A stretch of 64,000 nt of DNA from Thermoplasmata archaeon. Lineage in GTDB: Archaea; Thermoplasmatota; Thermoplasmata; Thermoplasmatales; GCA-001856825. The notes beneath the pieces are model-generated. The model was not told the DNA's origin, searched no databases, and saw nothing but the letters and a program-made list of their open reading frames with translations. Both the position numbers and the translations under genes were made by a program. How positions within the stretch are numbered: position 1 is the first letter of the stretch; every line of letters begins with the position of its first letter. Shown piece after piece: positions 38,342-47,006 of the stretch. The stretch covers positions 349,071 through 413,070 of the forward strand of contig JAJYUZ010000002.1 in the NCBI GenBank assembly GCA_021792255.1, given 5' to 3'.

Positions 38342-40076
38342 ATTAGTTTCCATACCTCTGATTCTCATATTCGCGCTCAACGTATACATTGACTACAGGT
38401 ACGCCCATTACAACATACCTTACACGGTAATCATATCGGTCTTCGTATCGCCGCTTTACTATCTCGCATACCTGCTAGTCTCGTACACGGGAGAAGGGTC
38501 TAAACTCTACGGCTGGAAGAATCTAGTGGAGAGGCTTCCGGCGGTCAAGAGACCCGGAAGGCACGTTCGTTTCAAAGAAAAATTCCTGTGGACCGCGCTG
38601 GTACTGTTAATCTATTTCGCACTTTCAAACATATTCGTCTACGGTCTGGAGAAGACGCAGATCATCGACGTGTTCGCGCAGTTCCGTACGATCTTCGCGG
38701 GACAGGCAGGCTCTATCATGGACTTGGGAATAGGTCCTATTGTCACTGCAAGTATCATAATGCAGCTCTTCGCCGGAGCCAAGATCATCAACATAGATCT
38801 CACGAAGGCCGAGGACAAGGCTCTCTACCAGGGCGCACAGAAGCTTCTGGTCATAATCATGATCTTCGTCGAGGCGATACCGCAGGTGTTCGGTTATCTG
38901 CCACCAGATCCAGCCATAATATCAGCACTGAATGGATCGGTTCCAGGGTACGGTCTGATGCTCGCCAGGATGCTGATAATCTTCCAGATATTCATGGGTT
39001 CTTATCTGCTCTTCTTCATGGACGAGCTTGTCTCGAAGTGGGGCATAGGCTCTGGAGTCTCTCTGTTCATAGCCGCGGGAGTCTCGCAGGCTCTGATTCT
39101 GGGTACGCTCAACTGGGTTCCCATATCTACTAGCTCCGTTCTTTCTGTCGCGAATCCTCCAAGCGGTGCCCTACCTAAGACGTTCTATCTGCTGGGTCAC
39201 TTCAGCTCCTTTCAGCTATTCTCGGGAGGGTTGGAGAGGATAGTGTTTGCGGCACCCAATCCGCTCATCGCGCTAGCAGGTACGATATTCATCTTCTTCC
39301 TCGTGGTGTGGGCCCAGACGGTAAAGGTAGAACTACCCTTGGCTCACGAGAGAGCGAGAGGCGCAAGGGGAAGGTATCCGATACAGCTGATGTACGCTTC
39401 CAATATACCTGTCATCTTGGCAGCAGCGGTTCTCGCAAACCTCTCGATGTGGTCCCTGCTCTTCTGGACGAACCCGACTCTTTCTCACGTTCCTATCTTA
39501 GGACACGACTTCTTCTTGGGTGCATATCCAAGTTCCTCTCTCGCATCTCAACTCAACATTCAACAGACTACTCCACTAGGTGGACTAGCTTGGTACCTTG
39601 CGAATCCAAACGGGATAGCAAACTGGTTGTTCCCGATGCTACAGCCTTCGGTCTACCAGACCCAGCTGCTCAGTCACCCACCATGGGAGATGGGAATCCA
39701 CGTCCTAGCGTACGTCACTTTTATGGTCGGAGCTTCGATAATGTTCGCAAAGTTCTGGATCGAAACAACGAACATGAACTCCGAGGGGGTCGCGAGGCAG
39801 ATACAGAGTTCCGGCATGCAGATACCTGGATTCAGGCGTGACCCAAGAGTCCTGAAACGCGTTCTTGATAAGTACATACCAGCCATCACAGTATTCAGTG
39901 GTGCAGCCGTGGGTGCCCTCGCTGCCGGAGCCGATCTTATCGGCACGGTCGGGAATGCATCAGGTACCGGCGTGCTACTGACGGTAGGTATCGTCATCCA
40001 ACTGTACCAGGCAATGGGCAAGGAACAGATGACCGAAATGTATCCATTCATGAGGGACTTCTTTGGAGGGCTCTGA
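38319..40076 (+). CDS. secY: Preprotein translocase SecY
   Basis: LGIGPIVTASII, SKWGIGSGVSLFI, YASNIPVI, MQIPGFRRDP, SGTGVLLTV. Confidence 0.96.
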   Translation: MAEIKRNRLVSIPLILIFALNVYIDYRYAHYNIPYTVIISVFVSPLYYLAYLLVSYTGEGSKLYGWKNLVERLPAVKRPGRHVRFKEKFLWTALVLLIYFALSNIFVYGLEKTQIIDVFAQFRTIFAGQAGSIMDLGIGPIVTASIIMQLFAGAKIINIDLTKAEDKALYQGAQKLLVIIMIFVEAIPQVFGYLPPDPAIISALNGSVPGYGLMLARMLIIFQIFMGSYLLFFMDELVSKWGIGSGVSLFIAAGVSQALILGTLNWVPISTSSVLSVANPPSGALPKTFYLLGHFSSFQLFSGGLERIVFAAPNPLIALAGTIFIFFLVVWAQTVKVELPLAHERARGARGRYPIQLMYASNIPVILAAAVLANLSMWSLLFWTNPTLSHVPILGHDFFLGAYPSSSLASQLNIQQTTPLGGLAWYLANPNGIANWLFPMLQPSVYQTQLLSHPPWEMGIHVLAYVTFMVGASIMFAKFWIETTNMNSEGVARQIQSSGMQIPGFRRDPRVLKRVLDKYIPAITVFSGAAVGALAAGADLIGTVGNASGTGVLLTVGIVIQLYQAMGKEQMTEMYPFMRDFFGGL

Positions 40077-40640
40077 GTGAGGGTCATAATAGGAGGAATA
40101 CCTGGGGTCGGCAAGACCACAGTCCTCGACGAGCTCGTGAGGGAAGGGTACAGAGTAGAGAATTACGGAGATGTGATGTTGAAGGAAGCCATTTCAAGAG
40201 AATATGCAAAAAATAGGGATGAGCTGAGAAAACTTCCCGTGGAAGAGCAAAAGGAGATCCAGAAGATCGCAGCAGAGAAGCTGTCACAGTTCGACGATGT
40301 GATAATTGACACTCACTTCTCGGTAAGTACGAAGGATGGCTACCTCCCGGGACTACCAATTCCAGTACTTAACGTGCTCCATCCCGACTTACTCATCTCA
40401 ATGGAAGCAGATCCCCTTGACATATTTGAAAGGAGAAAGAACGATCCTATGCGAAACAGGGACAAGGACTCGCTGGAGAGGATCAGGGCTCATCTAGAAG
40501 CCAACAGGAGTTACGGGATAACTTATTCTGCAATGACGGGCTCTCCGCTTCTGGTAGTAATGAACGAGAACGGGAAAGCCAAAGAAGCGTCTGAAAAGAT
40601 AGCTTCCGTTGTGAGGCAATGCAACGGAGGCAACCTATGA
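40077..40640 (+). CDS. adkA: Adenylate kinase (archaeal)
   Basis: GIPGVGKTT, IDTH, GYLPGLP; follows secY. Confidence 0.93.
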   Translation: MRVIIGGIPGVGKTTVLDELVREGYRVENYGDVMLKEAISREYAKNRDELRKLPVEEQKEIQKIAAEKLSQFDDVIIDTHFSVSTKDGYLPGLPIPVLNVLHPDLLISMEADPLDIFERRKNDPMRNRDKDSLERIRAHLEANRSYGITYSAMTGSPLLVVMNENGKAKEASEKIASVVRQCNGGNL

Positions 40641-41359
40641 GTCAGAGGACACGACCCCCACAGCAGACGAGAGAGCAGCAACAAGCAATGTCGTCTTCTA
40701 TGAGGACGCAGATGCTGTACTTTATGATAATGATCCTTCTCCTTTTCGTTTATACGGTACCGACCCTACGGAACCTGTTTGCGATACCGATGACATATAT
40801 TCTTCAGCCCGTCATCGGATTTGATTTCAAGTATCCATTATTCACTATTCTCGGAGCGGCCCTGTTGACCGGTTTTGTCAACACGATAGCGCGCCATTTC
40901 TTCACGGACTACTTTGGAATGGCAGAAATGCAGCACAAGAACAAGAAGCTTCAGCAGAGATACAGGGAGGCTATACACTCCAAGGACAAGACAGAAATGG
41001 ACTCGGTCAGGGCCGAACAATCCAAGTCGATGCAGGAATCCATGAAGTACACACAGCAGCAAATGAAACCTACTTTCGTGACATTGTTGCTGACTGTTCT
41101 GATCTTCGCGTGGCTGATAGGGTTCATGTTCCATGCTTCCCATCTCACTCCACCCACAACTATGATGGCCTATCCGTTCAGCAATGGATCCACCGGCGAT
41201 ATGATGCATCCATTCTTCGGGTTCTATATCTGGATAGGGCTGTATTCGCTATTCTCGCTCGTGATTACCTATCCCCTTCAGTACTCGATCAAACTTTGGT
41301 ACATGACTCGGAGTGTAAAGAATGAAGGTAACTATATCCGGTCCGCCGGGCAGCGGTAA
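40637..41359 (+). CDS. DUF106 / EMC3-TMCO1 (Oxa1 superfamily) membrane protein
   Basis: Met/Gln-rich coiled coil between TMs, MKPT motif, W..Y; conserved position after adk. Confidence 0.85.
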   Translation: MSQRTRPPQQTREQQQAMSSSMRTQMLYFMIMILLLFVYTVPTLRNLFAIPMTYILQPVIGFDFKYPLFTILGAALLTGFVNTIARHFFTDYFGMAEMQHKNKKLQQRYREAIHSKDKTEMDSVRAEQSKSMQESMKYTQQQMKPTFVTLLLTVLIFAWLIGFMFHASHLTPPTTMMAYPFSNGSTGDMMHPFFGFYIWIGLYSLFSLVITYPLQYSIKLWYMTRSVKNEGNYIRSAGQR

Positions 41360-41876
41360 GACAACGGTCGCCGAGATGGTCAGCAAGAGGCTGTCTTACG
41401 ATCTCGTGACCGGAGGCAAGATTTTCAGGGAGAAAGCCAACGAGATGAAGATATCTCTTGCTCAACTGGGGACGGCAGCGGAAAGTGAGGATAGGTACGA
41501 CAAGATGTTGGATGGATTTCTGCTTGAAGTTCTGAGAAAGAAGGAGAATGTGATAGTGGAATCGAGACTTTCTGGCTGGCTTTGCCATCTCAACAAGATA
41601 AGTGCGTTCAAGGTATTCGTTTACGCGGACGAGGAAGTCAGACTGGAAAGAATAAGAAACTCCATTCACTCCAGAAAGGAAGAGATGGGAGACAACATAT
41701 TGACGCAGATGAGGGAGAGAGAGGAGAGCGAATGGGAACGCTACAAGAAATACTATGGCATAGACTACAGGGACACTTCCATATATGACCTGGTCCTGGA
41801 TGCCAGTTTTGAGGGAGCAGAGGAAATTGCAGAGGTGATAATTTCTGGCCTCGATATTCGGAAAGGAACCCTCTGA
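41322..41876 (+). CDS. cmk: Cytidylate kinase
   Basis: ISGPPGSGKTT, ESRLSGW, RYKKYYGID, IYDLVLD. Confidence 0.92.
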   Translation: MKVTISGPPGSGKTTVAEMVSKRLSYDLVTGGKIFREKANEMKISLAQLGTAAESEDRYDKMLDGFLLEVLRKKENVIVESRLSGWLCHLNKISAFKVFVYADEEVRLERIRNSIHSRKEEMGDNILTQMREREESEWERYKKYYGIDYRDTSIYDLVLDASFEGAEEIAEVIISGLDIRKGTL

Positions 41877-42735
41877 GAGAACGATCGAAGAGAGGATAAA
41901 TTACGGTTTCGTCGTGATAGACAAACCACGAGGGCCGACCTCTCATCAGGTCTCTGCGTGGGTTAAGGAAATATTGGGAATAGCAAAGGCCGGACACGTA
42001 GGCACCCTCGACCCAAACGTCACGGGAGTGCTTCCGGTAGGTCTGGAAAAGGCCACTAGACTTGCCGACTTCCTACACGAACAGGGAAAGGAGTATGTCA
42101 CCCTGATGCTACTCCACAAACAGGTAGATAGGCAGAATTTGGAAGATGTGCTCAAGGAATTTACAGGGGAAATATTCCAGTTTCCACCCCTGAGGTCTGC
42201 TGTAGCAAGAAACCTCAGGAAGAGGACGATATATTCGCTGAAGTTGATGGAGATAAAAGAAAGGCACGTTCTTTTTAGAGCGGATGTAGAGTCTGGTGTG
42301 TACATCAGGACCCTATGCAGGGACGTTGGAGATGCCCTCTTGGTGGGAGCAAACATGGCCGAGTTGAGGAGAACGAGAAGCGGACCCATCACTGAGTCGA
42401 ACCTCTCTACTCTTCAAAAACTCAAGGATGCCTATACCCTCTACAAGGAAGGCGACGAAAAATTACTATCCAGTATGCTCATTGATCCGGAAGAGGTCAC
42501 AAAGGACTATCCCAGGATTGTCCTGAAGGAAAGCGCAATCGACGCTATGGCTCACGGAGCTACCGTCTTCAGGAAAGGTATAATAGAAGATTTTGGCGAA
42601 GGCAAGACCGTGAGGATATTGAGTCCAAAAGGCGAATTACTCGGCATGGGGAACAGGGAAGGGGAGAACGTGAAACCAGAGGTCGTTCTGATAGACAGAG
42701 GAGTATATCCCAAGGGTTGGAAAAGTAACAAGTGA
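41845..42735 (+). CDS. truB: Cbf5/TruB pseudouridine synthase (proposed CTG start)
   Basis: IDKPRGPTSHQV, GHVGTLDP, KEYV, PPLRSAV; conserved-looking GKEPSERTIEE lies upstream of the track's GTG 41914. Confidence 0.92.
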   Translation: MASIFGKEPSERTIEERINYGFVVIDKPRGPTSHQVSAWVKEILGIAKAGHVGTLDPNVTGVLPVGLEKATRLADFLHEQGKEYVTLMLLHKQVDRQNLEDVLKEFTGEIFQFPPLRSAVARNLRKRTIYSLKLMEIKERHVLFRADVESGVYIRTLCRDVGDALLVGANMAELRRTRSGPITESNLSTLQKLKDAYTLYKEGDEKLLSSMLIDPEEVTKDYPRIVLKESAIDAMAHGATVFRKGIIEDFGEGKTVRILSPKGELLGMGNREGENVKPEVVLIDRGVYPKGWKSNK

Positions 42736-42775
42736 CCTAAAATAAAGATTTTAATCACCCGATTATTGTAGATGG

Positions 42776-44008
42776 GTGTACAGTTTCCTCGCTCCTATAC
42801 TCATTGCGCTCACTCTGGGGTACCTAGCCACACTGATAGCCAGGCTGACGGGCACTGTATATATTCCATATTTGCTGTTGCTGGGTATAGTAGTGGGACC
42901 GGTTTTGTACCTCATAAGACCAAGTGAAGCGGAGGTCCTATTTTACAACTATATTGGTCCGATTGGCGCCGCATTTGTCATTCTTGCAGAATCTGCAAAG
43001 ATTCCACGATACTTATTGAGGCGTATACTCAAGCCTCTTTCAATGATGCTGACTTTCGTCCTCTTTGTCACCGGAATCACGACTGGAGTAATCCTGGTAT
43101 TTCTGCTCAGGGCTCCTGTCTGGGTTGGATTTATGGTGGGAGCAATAATTTCGTCCACCGATCCCGCATCTATAATAACCTCACTGAGAAAGACGAAGGT
43201 GTCAGAGGTTCCATCGACCCTGCTTATCACAGAATCGGTCTTCAATGATCCCTTCTCCTATCTGTTCCTGGTGACAGTCATACTGGTGTTTTTCCCTAAA
43301 AATATCACTTACATACAGACGTCCCTCTTCACTTCCAGCAACATTTTCATTTACATCCTAATGACCCAGGGACTCTTTCCTGTTCTTACTTCGGGAGCGC
43401 TTTTTGGTCTTCTCTATTTGCTTAGAGTCAAACTTCCAAAAGACTTCAAGGAGTACTACACAGCCATGTTCCTGCTGTTCGGATTGTCTGCCTACTCAAT
43501 CACCGTAGTAGTAGGTGGATCGGGGTATATGGCTGCGGCAATCTTCGGTGTGCTTTCAGGAAATTTCATGCCTAGAGACACCGAATTCGAAAATTACAAA
43601 CAATTCATGGATAACATCTCCACATTTGCTGCCATCCTAATTTTTGTGTTTTTGGGTGCCTCAATCAATCTATCGATTCTATTTGAGTTTGTGGTACCGG
43701 GGGTCCTAATCTCGCTAATCTTGATTTTTATAGTTAGACCTCTTGCTGTAGTCCTTGCCGGATCCATTGATGTGGAACTGAAATACGGAGATCTTGTGTT
43801 CGTGGGTCTTGAGGGGACTAGAGGGATCTTTCCTGCGATTCTAGCACCAACAGTCCTCATAATGGGTAACACGACGGGAAACGTCTTGCTGCAATACTGG
43901 GGGCAAGCTATAGAGTCTCTGGTTCTTGTCATAATATTTACGTCGCTGACCATTCAGCCTCTCCTAATGGGAAGAATTTACAAGGCCCTTCACAAGGATG
44001 AGACTTAG
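42776..44008 (+). CDS. Cation:proton antiporter (CPA1/NhaP family)
   Basis: SSTDPA, ESVFND, IVRP, GTRG motifs; about 12 TMs. Confidence 0.88.
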   Translation: MYSFLAPILIALTLGYLATLIARLTGTVYIPYLLLLGIVVGPVLYLIRPSEAEVLFYNYIGPIGAAFVILAESAKIPRYLLRRILKPLSMMLTFVLFVTGITTGVILVFLLRAPVWVGFMVGAIISSTDPASIITSLRKTKVSEVPSTLLITESVFNDPFSYLFLVTVILVFFPKNITYIQTSLFTSSNIFIYILMTQGLFPVLTSGALFGLLYLLRVKLPKDFKEYYTAMFLLFGLSAYSITVVVGGSGYMAAAIFGVLSGNFMPRDTEFENYKQFMDNISTFAAILIFVFLGASINLSILFEFVVPGVLISLILIFIVRPLAVVLAGSIDVELKYGDLVFVGLEGTRGIFPAILAPTVLIMGNTTGNVLLQYWGQAIESLVLVIIFTSLTIQPLLMGRIYKALHKDET

Positions 44009-44071
44009 GGAACACTTCTGCGACATCGCGTCTCTCGTGACTCAGAAGAATTAATGTCAGGCTTCAATGTC

Positions 44072-44236
44072 TCAAATATTTTCGAATTCTTCGCTTACAT
44101 CTATTATTACCTGTTCCATTAGTTTGTCAATATTCCTAGCGGAAAATTCCCTTAGGCCCCCCATTTCGCTTTTGACCTTTGCAAAAAATTTTGAATTCTC
44201 TGTGAAAATGTCGAAGTGAACGAGCAGTTCTTCCAT
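44072..44236 (-). CDS. Small hypothetical protein (54 aa, MEELLVHFDIFTENSKFFAKVKSEMGGLREFSARNIDKLMEQVIIDVSEEFENI)
   Basis: Read by hand; TTTATA TATA-like about 25 nt upstream; compact beta-beta-beta-alpha pattern. Confidence 0.6.
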   Translation of the reverse strand: MEELLVHFDIFTENSKFFAKVKSEMGGLREFSARNIDKLMEQVIIDVSEEFENI

Positions 44237-44675
44237 GGCTGTTAATGAACACTCTGTATAAATTCTTAACTCATTTTGCTGGTCAATTCGCCGCTGAAGA
44301 GTTTGCCGAAGGAATTGAGTTATGGGATGTCATATCATTAGTATGACAATATGATACCACAGGGTGCCAGAAACAAGCCATAAATCTAGGTTAAATTTGC
44401 AGGACAATTCAGGAAAAGAGAGAGGAGTGGAAGTACACATACTATTCTACAAATCTCAGATGTGTTGAATTGATCAAGACAATCTTGTCGCAGTGAATAG
44501 AGCAATTCGGGGATTTCTTAGGATAAATCTCCGGTGACAAAGGAATTGCTTCTTACGCTAAAGTCCTTTATAGCGAAGACTACCACATCATTTGTTTCAC
44601 TGTTGAAATTATTAATGAACTAGTTTAGATATATTCTTTCTTGAGATTTCCTTGCTCTGCTCTAGGCAGACCGGT

Positions 44676-45428
44676 TCAACCGAAGTATCCAAGGTCTTCT
44701 TTCCTTTCCTCTGGAGGCTGGTTCTCAATCATTCTGTTGGTTATGTCCTCTATTTCCTTAATCCGTTCGTCAAGGCTCGAAGTGTCCGTTCCGAGTTTTA
44801 GGTAATCGACCAGTACTCTCGTGACCTGCTTGGCAGATTTTGGGTCTGTGAAATAGCCCGACGTTTCACCCATCAGGCACACTCCCGGGAGTTCGAACAA
44901 TTCTAATCCCATCCCAAGGAATAGTCCTGCTCCGCCGACAATGCCTCCTCCTGGTTCGTTCTTTGAGAATATCACACCGAGTTTCTCCACTTCCTCTTTC
45001 ACTTCTTTCGAGGTGTAAGCTCCGAGCACTCTCGGGATTTCCATAAGCTTCCCTATCTGGTACCCGCCCAGCGTGATTATCTGCTTGACATCGAAATTCT
45101 TTCCTAATTCAAGGACCTTATAGCATATTTCATATTGTCCCTGTGAAGTAAGTCCCTGGAAATCTCCAGTGAAAAAGATAAGATCGCCTTCCTTCCTTTT
45201 CTTGTAGTACAGCTCGTTTCTGACCAGTCGTGCGAGAGCATCCTCGTTCATTAACACTTGAGGTGGAAGGTGGTGCGAAAAAACGTCTGCGAGTTTTTTG
45301 GCTTTCAGATTTTCTATCAGGAAATCAGCCGTTATCTTTCCTACATTACCTATCCCGGGTAATCCTACAATAAGCACCGAATTCTTCAATTTCACGTTAT
45401 CTGCCATTCTGACGATTACGCTTTCCAT
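44676..45428 (-). CDS. PAC2 family (proteasome assembly chaperone-like) protein
   Basis: GLPGIGNVGK, TLGGY, GGIVGGAGL, CLMGETSGY, DPKSA; follows nop10. Confidence 0.9.
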   Translation of the reverse strand: MESVIVRMADNVKLKNSVLIVGLPGIGNVGKITADFLIENLKAKKLADVFSHHLPPQVLMNEDALARLVRNELYYKKRKEGDLIFFTGDFQGLTSQGQYEICYKVLELGKNFDVKQIITLGGYQIGKLMEIPRVLGAYTSKEVKEEVEKLGVIFSKNEPGGGIVGGAGLFLGMGLELFELPGVCLMGETSGYFTDPKSAKQVTRVLVDYLKLGTDTSSLDERIKEIEDITNRMIENQPPEERKEDLGYFG

Positions 45429-45432
45429 GTTT

Positions 45433-45594
45433 TCACTCCTTACCATATAGCATCTTCATCCTGTACTTTCCAAATCTGTCTTGCGGCGAGAACCTGGGTG
45501 GGATAGTGGATATGGTGGAGGATCCACACTTTGGACACTTGCTTTCTAGAGTGTAATTACCACACCCTGTACACTTGAATATGAGAGTCTTCAC
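45433..45594 (-). CDS. nop10: H/ACA RNP subunit Nop10
   Basis: Read by hand: KCTGCGNYTL..KCPKCG...PPRFSPQDRFGKYR. Confidence 0.92.
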   Translation of the reverse strand: MKTLIFKCTGCGNYTLESKCPKCGSSTISTIPPRFSPQDRFGKYRMKMLYGKE

Positions 45595-46349
45595 TCTTTC
45601 ACTGGTCCCTCTCCTATCCCTCCGTGTTTCTTGAGGTAGGATATTATGTCTTCGCTACTTTTTTTCATGTTTTCTTCTGCTATTTTAATGTCATCAGCTT
45701 GCGAGATGATCCTGTACTGCGGTGCTCCTAGGTACGTGATCTCGATACCCTCTCGCTCCCCCGCTTGAAGGGCTTTCTTGATTACCTCAATGCCATTGCC
45801 AGAGCCGTCCTTCAGCTTTATTATGCCCCTCACCTCAGCCACTGGTGGCTTGAGATTTTCTCTCGCATAGTCGATTATGACCGCTGCCCATTCCTTGTTC
45901 TTAAGATCCGTTGAGAATTGTTCGGGTTCAACTGCGGCCAGATCGAGTGCGTATGCTAGAGAACCGAATTTTTCCTCCATCTCTTCAATGACAATGCTCG
46001 TGTCAGGCTTTCCAGGGAATTGGAGGGAAAGATTTGCGAGTATCTTCTCTGCCCTTTGTTCGTTTTTCCATTCCTTCAGTTTTTCTCTTTTTTGATGATC
46101 ATTGACCCTTCTCAGGGAAAGATCAAATCTTCCTCTAGATGGATTCGCGTCTAGGACTTTGCAGACGACCCTCTTTCCTTCTCTTACGTAGTCTCTAATG
46201 TACTTGATCCAGCCTGATGAAACCTCTGAAATGTGAATGAAACCTTCCTTGCCAGTGTATTCATCCAAGTTGCACGTTGCCCCAAAGTCACGAACATCTT
46301 TGACCGTGCAAACCACGAGATCTCCAATCTCCGGATCCGTCTTCTTCAT
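45591..46349 (-). CDS. eif2a: Translation initiation factor aIF-2 alpha
   Basis: S1 domain LDEY..KEGFIHISEVSSGWIK, DLSLRRV, GAPQY. Confidence 0.94.
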   Translation of the reverse strand: MKKTDPEIGDLVVCTVKDVRDFGATCNLDEYTGKEGFIHISEVSSGWIKYIRDYVREGKRVVCKVLDANPSRGRFDLSLRRVNDHQKREKLKEWKNEQRAEKILANLSLQFPGKPDTSIVIEEMEEKFGSLAYALDLAAVEPEQFSTDLKNKEWAAVIIDYARENLKPPVAEVRGIIKLKDGSGNGIEVIKKALQAGEREGIEITYLGAPQYRIISQADDIKIAEENMKKSSEDIISYLKKHGGIGEGPVKE

Positions 46350-46534
46350 TTGAATTCTCCGCTGATCTGTCCACTGACCTCATACTTGCCGCCCGTTGGC
46401 TTTGCAAGTACAGTGTTGCAGACTGGACATTTCACTTCGGTAGAACCTCTTGCATATGTCAAAGTCTCGGTGCCACAGTCAGGACACTTTACCTTTACAA
46501 ATGACTTGTCCATTCCTTTGATCTTTGTAGTCAT
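46346..46534 (-). CDS. rps27e: 30S ribosomal protein S27e
   Basis: VKCPDC...VKCPVC..LAKPTGGK. Confidence 0.94.
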   Translation of the reverse strand: MTTKIKGMDKSFVKVKCPDCGTETLTYARGSTEVKCPVCNTVLAKPTGGKYEVSGQISGEFK

Positions 46535-46822
46535 TTATGCCTCAACCTCCGCGAGTTCAAACTTCTTTGCTCTCCAGGTCGGGGTGTGATAGGATTTCTT
46601 GCAATCCAAGCACCTGTACCTTATATTGATTCTCTTTGTCGGTTTTTCCCTTCCTTCGTAAACGGGTCTTGGAAAACCTCCATAACCCGAAGTAACTCTC
46701 CTGAAGCGCCTCTGTCCTTTTCGAAGCTCGCTTGCCTTCTTTTTCTTGACTCTCTCTATTTCCTGTAGAGTATGTTTCTTACAGTGAGGACAATATCTCA
46801 TAACCTTTCTAGGTAACTTCAA
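46535..46822 (-). CDS. rpl44e: 50S ribosomal protein L44e
   Basis: YCPHCKKHT, SGYGGFP, KPTKR, CLDC. Confidence 0.94.
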   Translation of the reverse strand: MKLPRKVMRYCPHCKKHTLQEIERVKKKKASELRKGQRRFRRVTSGYGGFPRPVYEGREKPTKRINIRYRCLDCKKSYHTPTWRAKKFELAEVEA

Positions 46823-47006
46823 TCATACCACCGGTGTTGCAAGCTGAATTTGAAATGCATATTTAAGAATTTGTCACTTATATCTGGTGCAGAGGGTCCA
46901 AATTTAACTTTTAAATAGGTAATGCAGGGGCTGCAATCCCATTCCAAATCCCATATATGGAGAAAAATGGACAAAAATTATCAATCTGATGCACATAAAG
47001 TTGCTT

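Noticed and set aside
38319-41876. Unusually long SecY and absence of L34e/L14e around cmk
   Set aside because: Consistent with known Thermoplasmata gene content
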